Part shown: piece by piece, positions 34,633 to 44,063 of the stretch | Numbering within the stretch: the stretch's first letter is position 1 | Layout of the letters: every line of letters begins with the position of its first letter | Source of the DNA: a virus | Length of the DNA: 54,983 nt | Strand: one strand, 5' to 3' | IMG/VR virus record: IMGVR_UViG_3300006948_000003 | Location: 1 to 54,983 of that record | Program-made: the position numbers and the translations under genes | Notes under the pieces: generated by a model | What the model was told of the DNA's origin: nothing | Seen by the model: the letters and a program-made list of their open reading frames with translations, nothing else | The model's database searches: none

Positions 34633-34845
34633 GTCTACGTTAACGCTATTGATCAGTGAGTAAATAGCAGGTCAGTCGACGCAACCCTTCGTGACCCTGC
34701 ACGAAGTGTCTACGGGAACACCCGGTGTGCGCCATCCCCTCGGGGTGTGATGTCTCAATCTGGGTGGGGCGTGCGTTTGCGTAGACAAGCCGTCTACCGA
34801 TGTGTACTGTCGTCCTTGTTCACGGAAACGCACAAAGCGTCTACG
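34633..34845. promoter_or_regulatory. Cluster of five GTCTAC(G) motifs in the repressor/cro intergenic region (candidate operators)
   Basis: GTCTACG at 34633, 34708 and 34839. Inverted CGTAGAC at 34780 and GTCTACC at 34792 form GTAGAC-N5-GTCTAC. Confidence 0.5.
34652..34663. promoter_or_regulatory. 12-mer ATCAGTGAGTAA, copy 2 (upstream of the repressor gene)
   Basis: Exact repeat of 34134-34145. A 9-mer ATCAGTGAG also occurs at 27694-27702. Confidence 0.4.
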
Positions 34846-34856
34846 GAGGTGAATGA

Positions 34857-35150
34857 GTGCGTCCCCAGCAGAACCCCATGGTCCTCGTGAGCGCTGGCCT
34901 CCTGTGTCAGCTCATGGAGCGCACCGGAGACGGACGCGAAGTCAGCGTCCGGGAACTCGCCGACGCCGTCGGCTGCCACCCCAGCAAGATCGGCCACCTG
35001 CGCTCCGGCGAGCGCTCCACGGCCACCCACGACGAGGCCTTGGCAATTGCCAAACGGCTGGGAGTCGACCTCCTCGTCCTGTGGGAGCACACCGGCCGCA
35101 CCGTCCCGGTTCCGGTCGAGTCCCCGCGGATCGCTGCGGTGCCGGCGTGA
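34857..35150 (+). CDS. Cro-like HTH protein
   Basis: 97 aa. GTG follows GGAGG (34845-34849). Contains VSVRELADAVGCHPSKIGHLRSGE. Confidence 0.75.
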   Translation: MRPQQNPMVLVSAGLLCQLMERTGDGREVSVRELADAVGCHPSKIGHLRSGERSTATHDEALAIAKRLGVDLLVLWEHTGRTVPVPVESPRIAAVPA

Positions 35151-35332
35151 ACGCGGCTCCCGCGTTCTCCCGGGCCCGGGCGGAACAGATTCTCGGTCCG
35201 GCCGCGATCGAGAAGGCCCGCCGCATCGTCGATGCCGCGCCGCCGCTCCGACCCGAGTTGCGCGAGCAGCTGCGGGCGGTATTCGCCTCGGCCCGCGCGA
35301 TAGAGAGCCAGCCGCCGGCCGACGCCGCCTGA
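35147..35332 (+). CDS. Hypothetical small protein (61 aa)
   Basis: Frame of ORF 34853..35332. GTGA overlap at 35147. Confidence 0.45.
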   Translation: MNAAPAFSRARAEQILGPAAIEKARRIVDAAPPLRPELREQLRAVFASARAIESQPPADAA

Positions 35333-35422
35333 TCCCCAGCAACGCCGAAGGGCCGTCCCGACTGCCAGGCCCGGACGACCCCACGACTCGGCGACTCCAC
35401 CACACAGAAAGCAGAGGTCACC

Positions 35423-35641
35423 GTGACCACTGAGATTACCGGCCCTGAGAACACCGTTGGCGACTTGGTCGCCCCGAATGGCAAGGTCTGGCGCGCCACG
35501 GAGCACAGGCGGAACGGCGCGGCGCTGTACGTGATCGACGGCGTGGACCCGGCGAAGTGCCCGCGTTTGGTGATGTCGACGCGGATGGAGCTGGAGGAGA
35601 TCTTCGGCACGGAGCTGCTGCCGCTGGGTGGTGCCGCGTGA
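35423..35641 (+). CDS. Hypothetical protein
   Basis: ORF track, 72 aa. Confidence 0.65.
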   Translation: MTTEITGPENTVGDLVAPNGKVWRATEHRRNGAALYVIDGVDPAKCPRLVMSTRMELEEIFGTELLPLGGAA

Positions 35642-35994
35642 AGAAGGTCATCCGCGACAACTACCGCATCGAGCTGACGCCGGACACGTTCCGTGTGCGG
35701 GCCTCGGTGCTCAACGACCACAACGCGATGCGCGGCATGTTGGCGGACATCGAGCAAGCCGTAAAGCGCCACGTGGATGGCGTCGAGCAGATGATCCCGC
35801 GCTGGGACACCCGTGAGGAGTGCTCGCACTGCGGCTACGCCTGGGAGGTGCTGTCCGCTGCGGAGGCGGCCGACGACTCGACGAACCAGGACGAGCACAG
35901 CGTCGAGGGCGAGCCGGTCTGCTGCGAGGCGGGCATCAACGAGTTCCGTGCTGAGCGCGGGATCCCGGCGCTGGCCAAGGGCGGTGCCGCGTGA
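35638..35994 (+). CDS. Hypothetical protein (118 aa)
   Basis: ORF track 35557..35994. GTGA overlap at 35638. Confidence 0.65.
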   Translation: MKKVIRDNYRIELTPDTFRVRASVLNDHNAMRGMLADIEQAVKRHVDGVEQMIPRWDTREECSHCGYAWEVLSAAEAADDSTNQDEHSVEGEPVCCEAGINEFRAERGIPALAKGGAA

Positions 35995-36872
35995 ATGCGA
36001 AGCGTGTGAACGCGGCGGCCGGGGTGATTCACGGTTCGCAGGTGGCGGGCAGGCAGACGGCTGCGGGGCTCGCGGCGGATCTGGAGTCGGCGTGCATGTT
36101 GCAGTCGCCGGAGACGGCGGCCGAGCAGGAGCAGTTGCGGAACGACATCACTGGCGCCTGCCTCGCTCGCTGGGAAGAGGAGCAGGAGAACGCGCGGCTG
36201 CGGCTGGCGCTGGAGTCGGCGAAGCGTGGCCGCCGCGAGGCTCGCGGGCTCCTTGAGATCACCGAGGACAGCCGCAAGCGGTGGCGTGACGCGGAGATCG
36301 AGAGCGCAAAGGAGCTGAAAGCGCTGCGGGCTCGGGTCGCCGAGCTGGAGAAGCGCGAGGCGGTCGTCGCCGAGTTCGTCGCGGACCGCGCGGGCTACAT
36401 CACGGCGATCAACAACTGCCACCCGGACAACGCCCACGACTACAACCGCTGGCAGGGCCACGCGGAGTCGCGGCGGCAGCTGGCGGGGCAGCTTGGTCTG
36501 CCGGTTGCGTGGCCGTCGGGGTATGGGCAGGACGCCACTCCGGAGGCATCTCGCTCGGCGGACAGGCTGAGGGCGTTGCTCGCGCCGTCGCAGGCTTCCC
36601 GCGAGAGCGAGGCCGCCCCCAAATGCCGGTGCGCTGAGCCTGACGCGGACCCGTACGCCTGTGAGGCCGACGACTGCACGGGCGAGTTCTCCGAGCTGAA
36701 CCCGTTCGGTGGCGGCCCGGTTCAGGGGAACGACGCCAAGGTCTCCCGGACCTGCGGATGCGGTTGGACGACGACCGTGTGGCACGTGGCTGACGGGTCG
36801 GCCGAGGCAGAGCTCCATGGCCATGTCGTCCGTGTTCACGGCGGCGTGTACCCGGTGGGGGTGGCTCAGTGA
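35991..36872 (+). CDS. Hypothetical coiled-coil protein with a Cys-rich C-terminus
   Basis: ORF track, 293 aa. Confidence 0.75.
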   Translation: MNAKRVNAAAGVIHGSQVAGRQTAAGLAADLESACMLQSPETAAEQEQLRNDITGACLARWEEEQENARLRLALESAKRGRREARGLLEITEDSRKRWRDAEIESAKELKALRARVAELEKREAVVAEFVADRAGYITAINNCHPDNAHDYNRWQGHAESRRQLAGQLGLPVAWPSGYGQDATPEASRSADRLRALLAPSQASRESEAAPKCRCAEPDADPYACEADDCTGEFSELNPFGGGPVQGNDAKVSRTCGCGWTTTVWHVADGSAEAELHGHVVRVHGGVYPVGVAQ

Positions 36873-37174
36873 GCTATCACGCGCATTCGCCTGCTGAGTG
36901 GGCGCAGATGCTGGGCCTCGCGACGAGCGGCTACGCGGCCCTGTCTGTCCCGTACTTCCTCACCGTTGACGCGGACCTCGCCGACTTCGACCCGCGCCCG
37001 GCCGCCCGCCGCGCGCTGGAGTCCGGCGCGCTGGACCCGCTGCTGAACGCGGTCTGCAACGCGAAGACGGACGCCCGTACGGCCGCCGCGAAGGCCCGGC
37101 ACATCCCGCGTGATGCGGCGCTCTCGCTGGCCGCGCTCCTCCTTCTCCTCTCCGCCCCGGAGGCGACCCGATGA
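36869..37174 (+). CDS. Hypothetical protein
   Basis: ORF track, 101 aa. GTGA overlap with the preceding gene. Confidence 0.65.
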   Translation: MSYHAHSPAEWAQMLGLATSGYAALSVPYFLTVDADLADFDPRPAARRALESGALDPLLNAVCNAKTDARTAAAKARHIPRDAALSLAALLLLLSAPEATR

Positions 37175-37548
37175 ACCGCATCCGCCTGGCCTTGCACCGC
37201 CTCTTCCGCCACCCCGCCCTCACCGGCCCCATGCGCCTCTACACCCGGCGCGTCCCCGACGGCGTCTTCCTCGACCTGGAGGACTACTTCGTCCACGTCA
37301 TCGAGACCCTCACCGACGACGAGGAAGCCCTCGCTCTCCTCCTGGAAATCGCCGAGGACCGCGGCACCGCCCGGGAACACGACGGGTGGGAGCCGGAGCA
37401 ACTCCTCATGGAGAAGCTCGCGCTGATCGTCGGCTACGAGATCCCGGTGCGCGGACAGGCGCTGGCGCGGCTCGCGGACCGACTGAAGGCCGCCGCCCCG
37501 GCGTCGGCCGTGCGCATCCCGGGGCAGCGCGAGGCAGGTGCCGCATGA
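37171..37548 (+). CDS. Hypothetical protein
   Basis: ORF track, 125 aa. ATGA overlap with the preceding gene. Confidence 0.7.
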   Translation: MNRIRLALHRLFRHPALTGPMRLYTRRVPDGVFLDLEDYFVHVIETLTDDEEALALLLEIAEDRGTAREHDGWEPEQLLMEKLALIVGYEIPVRGQALARLADRLKAAAPASAVRIPGQREAGAA

Positions 37549-38159
37549 GCCGTCTCGCTAAGCGCCGCAACGTCAACCACACCGACGTCGCCGCCACCCT
37601 CCGCGCCAACCCCCAAAAGTGGCACGAGATCGGCGAATACCGCGCCACCACCAGCGCCGACGACACCGCCCGCCGCATCAGGCTCGCGGAACGCGCCCCC
37701 ATGTACGAACCCGCCGGATCGTTCGAAGCCCGCGTAGCACTCACCGAATTCGGAGCGATCGTCGCGGCCCGCTACGTCGGCCCGCAACCCGCTCCGCGAC
37801 CCGGTGACAGCGCGCCGCCCATGCGGGACTGCGAGCGGATTCGCGGCCAGATCGAACGGGGCGAAGTGCTGGCCGGGCCGGAGGGCGCGCGCCGGATCGC
37901 CGCCAAGCACGAGGAGGCGTACGGAGCGGTGTTCGCCCGTCGCACGGCTGATGAGGCGTGGGCGGATGCTGTCGCCGGACTGTACGGGGCCGACGACCTG
38001 GAGGACTTGCGGACACGCCTCCCCCTCCTGGACCCGGACCGTCACGCCCTCGACACCGCAGCCGACAACGCATTCGCCCAACTCGCCTGCGAACACCCCG
38101 AAGTGTGCGTCGCCCGGGGCGGATTCAAGAACGACACCACGGTGGGGGCGACGAGCTGA
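37545..38159 (+). CDS. Hypothetical protein (204 aa)
   Basis: ORF track 37110..38159. ATGA overlap at 37545. Confidence 0.7.
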   Translation: MSRLAKRRNVNHTDVAATLRANPQKWHEIGEYRATTSADDTARRIRLAERAPMYEPAGSFEARVALTEFGAIVAARYVGPQPAPRPGDSAPPMRDCERIRGQIERGEVLAGPEGARRIAAKHEEAYGAVFARRTADEAWADAVAGLYGADDLEDLRTRLPLLDPDRHALDTAADNAFAQLACEHPEVCVARGGFKNDTTVGATS

Positions 38160-38413
38160 TGACGAGTCCTCTCCGCGTGCTGAAGCAGATTGTCAAGCCG
38201 GTCGGGAGACACAGGCCCCACCGCCACGTGCCGGCCATACGGGCTGAGGCGCTCCTCGACGAGAACGAGCCGGTCCAGTCTCTCGACGACGAGGACGCCG
38301 CGGCGAACGAATGCGCGCCCTGCCCGGCCTGCCAGAAGACCACCTTCCACGCCATGTACCGCGACGGGTCGCGCCGTTGCTGGACGTGCAACACCACGAC
38401 GGAGGCCGAGTGA
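38159..38413 (+). CDS. Small zinc-ribbon-like protein (84 aa)
   Basis: ORF track 37958..38413. ATG at 38159. Contains CAPCPAC...CWTC. Confidence 0.6.
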   Translation: MTSPLRVLKQIVKPVGRHRPHRHVPAIRAEALLDENEPVQSLDDEDAAANECAPCPACQKTTFHAMYRDGSRRCWTCNTTTEAE

Positions 38414-39216
38414 TCGCCACGGGGAACGACGAGTACAGCCAGCAGCTCGCCGAGCGCATCGGCCAGTTCATCATCGACGCCGACCGCAACGCGGACCGCA
38501 GCCAGCAGAAAGCCATCGGCCCGTCCGAGGTCGGGGAGCCGTGCGAGCGGCAGCTCACCTACAAGATCCTCGACTGGCCCGAAAGCAACAACGACCGCGA
38601 CCCGATCGCCGCGATCATCGGCACCGGCTTCCACCTCTGGATCGGCGAGAAGTTCGAGATCCGCAACGCAGCACTCGGAGGGCAACCCGCCCGCTACAAG
38701 GTCGAGACCCGCGTCACCGTCCTCGACAGTCCCATCGAGACCGCGCGACTCACCGGAAGCGCCGACCTGTACGACCGGCTGCTCCGCGCCAACCTCGACT
38801 GGAAACTCGTCGGAGCCTCCTCACACGACAAGTACCGGCGCCAGGGCCCGGGCGAGAAGTACCGCATCCAGGCCCACCTCTACGGGCTCGGCCAGGAGAA
38901 CGCAGGCGAGAACGTCGACCGCGTCGTCATCGTCTTCATCGCCCGCTACCACGAGCTCAAAGTCCACGTGTGGTCCGAGCCGTACGACCGGACCGTCGCT
39001 GAGACGGCGCTCGCCCGCCTCGCCCGCATCCGGGACCGCGCGCAGGAGTTGGAGCTCGACTTCCACCCCGAGCGCTGGAACCAGATCCCCATCCCCGAGA
39101 AGCCCAACTGCCGCTTCTGCCCGTACGTGAAGCCCGGAAGCACGGACCTCTCCCAGGGATGCCCCGGAGGCCAGTCCGCGAACGCGGGCGCCTCCCTTCA
39201 GGCCCTCATCGCCTGA
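38410..39216 (+). CDS. PD-(D/E)XK nuclease, Cas4/RecB-family exonuclease
   Basis: ORF track 38311..39216. GTGA overlap at 38410 (268 aa). N-terminal Cys (EPCERQ) plus a C-terminal CRFCPY...C cluster. Contains the DLYD...DWK motif. Confidence 0.7.
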   Translation: MIATGNDEYSQQLAERIGQFIIDADRNADRSQQKAIGPSEVGEPCERQLTYKILDWPESNNDRDPIAAIIGTGFHLWIGEKFEIRNAALGGQPARYKVETRVTVLDSPIETARLTGSADLYDRLLRANLDWKLVGASSHDKYRRQGPGEKYRIQAHLYGLGQENAGENVDRVVIVFIARYHELKVHVWSEPYDRTVAETALARLARIRDRAQELELDFHPERWNQIPIPEKPNCRFCPYVKPGSTDLSQGCPGGQSANAGASLQALIA

Positions 39217-39280
39217 CACCACAGACCCGCCGCTCAACCGAAGTCGGCGTACCCATCAACACCAGCAGGAGCAACAGCAG

Positions 39281-39958
39281 ATGACCACACCGCAGCAGTC
39301 GCAGCAGATGCCCTCCGCAGACGACTTCCTCATGGGCGGAGGTGGCGCCCCCACCGCGAAGTTCCCCACCCCGGGAACCGCCGTCGGCGGCCGCATCACC
39401 GAAAAGCCGACCGTCGAGCAGCAGCGCGACATCTCCACCGGAGACAAGAAGTTCTGGTCCGACGGCAACCCGATGATGCAGCTCGTCGTCACCGTCCAGA
39501 CCGAAGAGCGCGACCCCGCCATCGAGGAGGACGACGGCCGCCGCCGCCTCTTCGTCAAGGGCCAGATGAAGAACGCGGTCGCCGACGCGGTCCGCGCAGC
39601 CGGAGGCCGCGGCCTCGAAGTCGGCGGGATCCTCACCGTCACGTACTCCCACGACGGGACCCCGTCGCAGCGCGGATTCAACCCGCCCAAGCAGTACTCC
39701 GCGACCTACGTCGTCGCCGCGACCGTCGCCCTCAACACGCCCGACCCGGCCGGCCAGCCCCAGCAGCAGTACGCGCCCGCCCCGCAGCAGTACCAGGCGC
39801 CCGGCCCGGCCCCGGTGACTCAGGCCGTGCCTGGGCTGACCCCGGAGCAGCTGCAGGCAGCCATGGCCAACCCGGCCACCGCGGCACTCCTCGCACAGCA
39901 GCAGGCCGCGAGCGCCACCCCGGCCCCGGCCGCGCCGGGTGACGTCCCGCAGTTCTAA
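39281..39958 (+). CDS. Hypothetical protein with a Q/P/A-rich linker and an SSB-like C-terminal tip (GDVPQF)
   Basis: ORF track, 225 aa. The ssDNA-binding role is inferred only from the tail architecture and the neighbouring genes. Confidence 0.7.
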   Translation: MTTPQQSQQMPSADDFLMGGGGAPTAKFPTPGTAVGGRITEKPTVEQQRDISTGDKKFWSDGNPMMQLVVTVQTEERDPAIEEDDGRRRLFVKGQMKNAVADAVRAAGGRGLEVGGILTVTYSHDGTPSQRGFNPPKQYSATYVVAATVALNTPDPAGQPQQQYAPAPQQYQAPGPAPVTQAVPGLTPEQLQAAMANPATAALLAQQQAASATPAPAAPGDVPQF

Positions 39959-40026
39959 CCCGCCCACCAGACACCGCCCGCCGCCGTACCCCGCTTCCCC
40001 CCAGAGGGGGCGCGGCGGTGGGCGGG
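39959..40026 (+). terminator. Long compound hairpin
   Basis: Outer stem cccgcccacc (39959-39968) pairs with ggtgggcggg (40017-40026). Inner C6/G5 stem. Confidence 0.5.
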
Positions 40027-40051
40027 CCAACCACCCAGAACAGGAACACCC

Positions 40052-40417
40052 ATGAGCGGCACCGAAGCGCAACCCGCGGAGTTCGCGGCCTTCCTCGTCC
40101 AGCACGCCCGCGGCGAAGCGCACGAGGCCATCAGCGAGGAGTTCCACCAGCTCCTCGCCGCCGTCAATGAGCACGGCAAGAAGGGCTCTCTCACCGTCAC
40201 CCTCACCGTCGAACCACCCAAGGGCGGTATGGACGGGGCGCCGGTCGCGATCTCCATCGACAGCGTCCTCAAGGCCCCGAAGGCGACTGCGCCGCCGTCC
40301 ATCTACTTCGTCGATGGCAACGGCAACGCCACACGCAACGACCCCCGCCAGACCGCGGCCTTCGACGTCCGCGACCTGCCCACTACCCGGACCGAGATCA
40401 AGGACATCCAGAAGTGA
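40052..40417 (+). CDS. Hypothetical protein
   Basis: ORF track, 121 aa. Confidence 0.7.
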   Translation: MSGTEAQPAEFAAFLVQHARGEAHEAISEEFHQLLAAVNEHGKKGSLTVTLTVEPPKGGMDGAPVAISIDSVLKAPKATAPPSIYFVDGNGNATRNDPRQTAAFDVRDLPTTRTEIKDIQK

Positions 40418-41229
40418 CCAACACCGACCTCAGCGTCGCCGCCGTCGCCCAGCTTGCCCAGCAGGCCCTCGCGCCCAAGGACGTCGAGCCCGGCGGCATC
40501 TACCTCGTCGCCACCGCCAACGGCGACGTCCGGGAGTTCGACCTCACCGGACCGCAGTACACCGGCGCCCTCACGAGGAAGACCGGCCGCACCACCGTCC
40601 GCGACGCCGACTCCTTCCTCACCTACTACGCCAAGCACAAGGACGACGCCAGCGAGGTCTACTCCGACGTCGAGCAGCTCACCGTCACCGCCGTCCTCGA
40701 CGCCCACTCCAGCGAAGAGCCCGGATTCGGCGAGCACCGCCTCCACCTCGCCCTGCGCCGCACCAAGGCCTGGGAGGAATGGCTCGCCCTCGACGGCAAG
40801 CTCGTCGACCAGGACCGCTTCGCGAACTTCCTCGAGGACCAGCTGCCGTACCTCGAGACCCCCGACTCGGCGACCATGCTCGAGATCGCCCAGTCCATCA
40901 AGGCCACCACCAAGGCCGACTTCCAGAGCAGCAGCCGACTCCAGTCCGGCGAGCGGAAGTTCGCCTACGTCGAGGACACCAAGGCCACCGCCGGGGCGAA
41001 GGGCGACCTCGCGATCCCCGAGACGTTCCTGATCGCCGTCCCGCCGTTCGAGGGCGCCGGCGCCTACCGGATGACGGCCCGCTTCAAGTACCGGCTCGGC
41101 GGCGGCCAGCTCGCCCTCGGCTTCAAGTTGGAGCAGCCCGAAGAGCGCGCCCGCGCCGCGTTCGCCGACGTCCTCCAGGCGATCAGCGAGGGCATCGACA
41201 CGCCGATCCTCAACGGCACCCCAGCCTGA
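40414..41229 (+). CDS. DUF2303 (YfdQ)-like protein
   Basis: ORF track, 271 aa. Family assignment is from memory of the overall sequence pattern. Confidence 0.65.
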   Translation: MTNTDLSVAAVAQLAQQALAPKDVEPGGIYLVATANGDVREFDLTGPQYTGALTRKTGRTTVRDADSFLTYYAKHKDDASEVYSDVEQLTVTAVLDAHSSEEPGFGEHRLHLALRRTKAWEEWLALDGKLVDQDRFANFLEDQLPYLETPDSATMLEIAQSIKATTKADFQSSSRLQSGERKFAYVEDTKATAGAKGDLAIPETFLIAVPPFEGAGAYRMTARFKYRLGGGQLALGFKLEQPEERARAAFADVLQAISEGIDTPILNGTPA

Positions 41230-41326
41230 CCCCCTGCCCGCCCCGGTGACCACGCCGGCGGCCCTGGTGCAACGCCAGGGCACGGGCCTCACCACCCCGC
41301 AGGCGCCACATACGAGGAGCACTCCG

Positions 41327-43870
41327 TTGAGCGACACCACACCCGACACTCTGGCCGCAGCACTCACGCTGCACGCGGCCGGCTGCTCGGTGGTCGCCGT
41401 CCGCACGGACGGAAGTAAACACCCACGGGGCTCCTGGAAGACCTACCAGACCGAACGCGCCACCGAGCAGCAGGTCCGCGCCTGGTTCACCAACGGACAC
41501 CCCGGAGTGGGCATCGTCTGCGGAACCGTCTCCGGCAACCTCGAGATGCTCGAACTCGAAGGCCGCGCCGTCGACGAGGGCGTCCTCAACCAGCTCGCCG
41601 AAATCTTCCTCGGCTCCGGCCTCGGCGAACTCTGGCAGCGCATCGCCACCGGCTGGCTCGACCGCTCACCTTCCGGCGGCCTTCACTTCCACTACCGCGT
41701 CGACGGTGCGGCGGTACCAGGGAACACCAAGCTCGCCAGTCGCCTTGCCCGCGAGGACGAGTACACGGACGAAGAGCGGGAGCTGAAGCAGCGCCACCCT
41801 CACAAGAAGATCCTTCGCGGGCTCATCGAGACCCGCGGTGAAGGCGGCTTCGTCGTCACCGCACCCAGCCACGGAAGCGTCCACCCCTCAGGCCGCCCGT
41901 ACGAACGCCTCGCCGGCGGCCCCGACACCACACCCGTCCTCACCGCAGACGAACACCAGGCCGTCCACGCGATCTGCCGCATGATCGACGCAGTCCCGGC
42001 CGACGAGGTGACGGATCACTTTGCCAGCACCGGCAATGTGATGGCCGAGCCCCTCGACGAGGCCGACGCGTTCCTCTTCTCCTCCGGCAGCGGAGACACG
42101 GCTCCCGGCGGCCTCACCCCGGGCGACGACTTCGAGCAGCGCGCCTCATGGGCGGACATCCTCCAGCCCCACGGCTGGAAGCTGATGTTCGTCTCCGGGC
42201 AGACCCACTACTGGCAGCGCCCCGGGAAGGACGGACGCGAGCCCTCCGCCACCACCGGCCGCGCCTCGGACCGCGACCGCCTGTACGTGTTCACCACCTC
42301 CACCGAGTTCATCCCCGAGACCCCGTACACGAAGTTCGGCGCATACGCCCTCCTCAACAACGGAGGCGACCACTCAGCCGCCGCGCGAGAGCTGCGCCGC
42401 AAGGGCTACGGCGCCCCCGCACCCGAGCCCGTACGCCACCTCACCGCCGTCCCCAACCCGTCCGCACACCCTGTGGACGGAACCGCAGCCCTCAACATCC
42501 ACCCGCACCCCACCGCCGACACCGCACCCGGCCCGGGAACTTACACGCGCACCGATGACGGGAACGCACTCCGCCTCATCGACGAGCACGAGACGGAGAT
42601 CCGGTACGTACCCCAGCGCGGCAAGTGGCTGCACTGGAACGGCCACCGGTGGGAGTGGGACGACGCCGGCCTCGTCCGCGAAATGTGCCGAACCATCGCC
42701 CGAGCCCTCCCCAACGGGGAGGGCGAGGCCAAGCACCGCGCCCGCTCCCTCTCCCAATCAGGCATCAGCGCCATGGTCAGCATGGCGCAGACCGACCCCC
42801 GCGCCGTCGCCCTCATGGAGACCCTCGACGCGCACCCCCTACACCTGAACACCCCCGCGGGCATCGTCGACCTCGCCACCGGAAAGATCACCCCGCCGGA
42901 CCCGGCGGCCATGCACACCCGCACCACCAGCGTCGCTCCCGACCCAGAACTTCCCATCCCCCGCTGGACCCAGTTCCTCACCGACACCTTCGGCGAAGCC
43001 TCCGACATCGCCACCTTCGTCCAGCGCCTGGCCGGCTACTCCGCCAGCGGCGACACCCGCTTCCACATCCTCCCGTTCCTCAACGGGCCCGGCGGCAACG
43101 GCAAATCCGTCTTCCTCGACGTCCTGCGCATCCTCCTCGGCGACTACGCAGCCACCGCCCCCAACACCTTCCTCATGGCCGGCCAGCAGCAGCACGAGAC
43201 CGAAGTCGCCCGCCTCCAAGGCCTGCGCCTGGTCGTCGTCTCCGAGGTCAACCAGGACGCCCGCTTCGACGAAGCCAAGATGAAACTCCTCACCGGCGGC
43301 GACGCCCTCACCGCGCGCTTCATGCGCCAAGACCACTTCACCTTCGAGCCGACTCACCACCTGTGGCTCATGGGCAACCACCTCCCCGCGGTGAAAGCCG
43401 GAGGCGACTCCTTCTGGCGCCGCCTGCGCCTCATCCCCTTCACCCGCAACGTCCCGCCCGAGCGGAAGATCGAAGGCCTCGCCCGCATCCTCGCCGACGA
43501 GGAAGGCCCCGGAATCCTCGCTTGGATCATCACCGGAGCTGTCGACGTCTTTGACGCAGGCCTGCGCGAGCCGACCGCCGTCATGGCGTTCACCGAGACC
43601 TACGCCGAAGAAGAGGACTCCCTCGCACGGTTCATGGGCGACTGCTGCCACCGCGGCGGCGGCACCCACGTCACGATCAACACCTCGAAGCTCCGCGGCG
43701 CATACGACGACTGGTGCCGCGCCGAAGGCGAGACCCCCCTCAAGCCGCAGGTCTTCGGCCGCGAACTCCGCACCCGCTTCGGCATCGAACAAGTCCGCTC
43801 GAACGGGCGCCGCTTCTACGTGGGCGTCGCTCTCCTCACCCGGCCCGGAGATGAGGAGGACGACGAATGA
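41327..43870 (+). CDS. Bifunctional primase-polymerase / D5- or P4-type primase-helicase
   Basis: ORF track 41246..43870. TTG at 41327 lies 8 nt after GAGGAG. N-terminal prim-pol-like AAGCSVVAVRTDGSKHPRGSWKTYQ. Walker A GPGGNGKS. Confidence 0.85.
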   Translation: MSDTTPDTLAAALTLHAAGCSVVAVRTDGSKHPRGSWKTYQTERATEQQVRAWFTNGHPGVGIVCGTVSGNLEMLELEGRAVDEGVLNQLAEIFLGSGLGELWQRIATGWLDRSPSGGLHFHYRVDGAAVPGNTKLASRLAREDEYTDEERELKQRHPHKKILRGLIETRGEGGFVVTAPSHGSVHPSGRPYERLAGGPDTTPVLTADEHQAVHAICRMIDAVPADEVTDHFASTGNVMAEPLDEADAFLFSSGSGDTAPGGLTPGDDFEQRASWADILQPHGWKLMFVSGQTHYWQRPGKDGREPSATTGRASDRDRLYVFTTSTEFIPETPYTKFGAYALLNNGGDHSAAARELRRKGYGAPAPEPVRHLTAVPNPSAHPVDGTAALNIHPHPTADTAPGPGTYTRTDDGNALRLIDEHETEIRYVPQRGKWLHWNGHRWEWDDAGLVREMCRTIARALPNGEGEAKHRARSLSQSGISAMVSMAQTDPRAVALMETLDAHPLHLNTPAGIVDLATGKITPPDPAAMHTRTTSVAPDPELPIPRWTQFLTDTFGEASDIATFVQRLAGYSASGDTRFHILPFLNGPGGNGKSVFLDVLRILLGDYAATAPNTFLMAGQQQHETEVARLQGLRLVVVSEVNQDARFDEAKMKLLTGGDALTARFMRQDHFTFEPTHHLWLMGNHLPAVKAGGDSFWRRLRLIPFTRNVPPERKIEGLARILADEEGPGILAWIITGAVDVFDAGLREPTAVMAFTETYAEEEDSLARFMGDCCHRGGGTHVTINTSKLRGAYDDWCRAEGETPLKPQVFGRELRTRFGIEQVRSNGRRFYVGVALLTRPGDEEDDE

Positions 43871-43880
43871 TCACCGAGAA

Positions 43881-44063
43881 CAGTGACAGCAGTGACCGAG
43901 ACGTGACCGTTTCGATAAGCCTACGGTCACTGACAAAAAGCGCTCCTGACCTGCAACAACTATCACGCAGTGACAGCAGTGACCGTAAATCCCTAGTTCC
44001 AGCCCCACACGCACGCAAGACGTTCAATGCCAGAAACCCCCTGATCGGTCACTGCTGTCACTA
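43881..44063. repeat. Three 18-bp iteron-like repeats CAGTGACAGCAGTGACCG (two direct, one inverted) plus extra GTGACCG half-sites
   Basis: 43881-43898 and 43968-43985 are identical. 44046-44063 is the reverse complement at 17/18. GTGACCG at 43903 and CGGTCAC at 43924. Lower-GC non-coding stretch. Confidence 0.85.
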
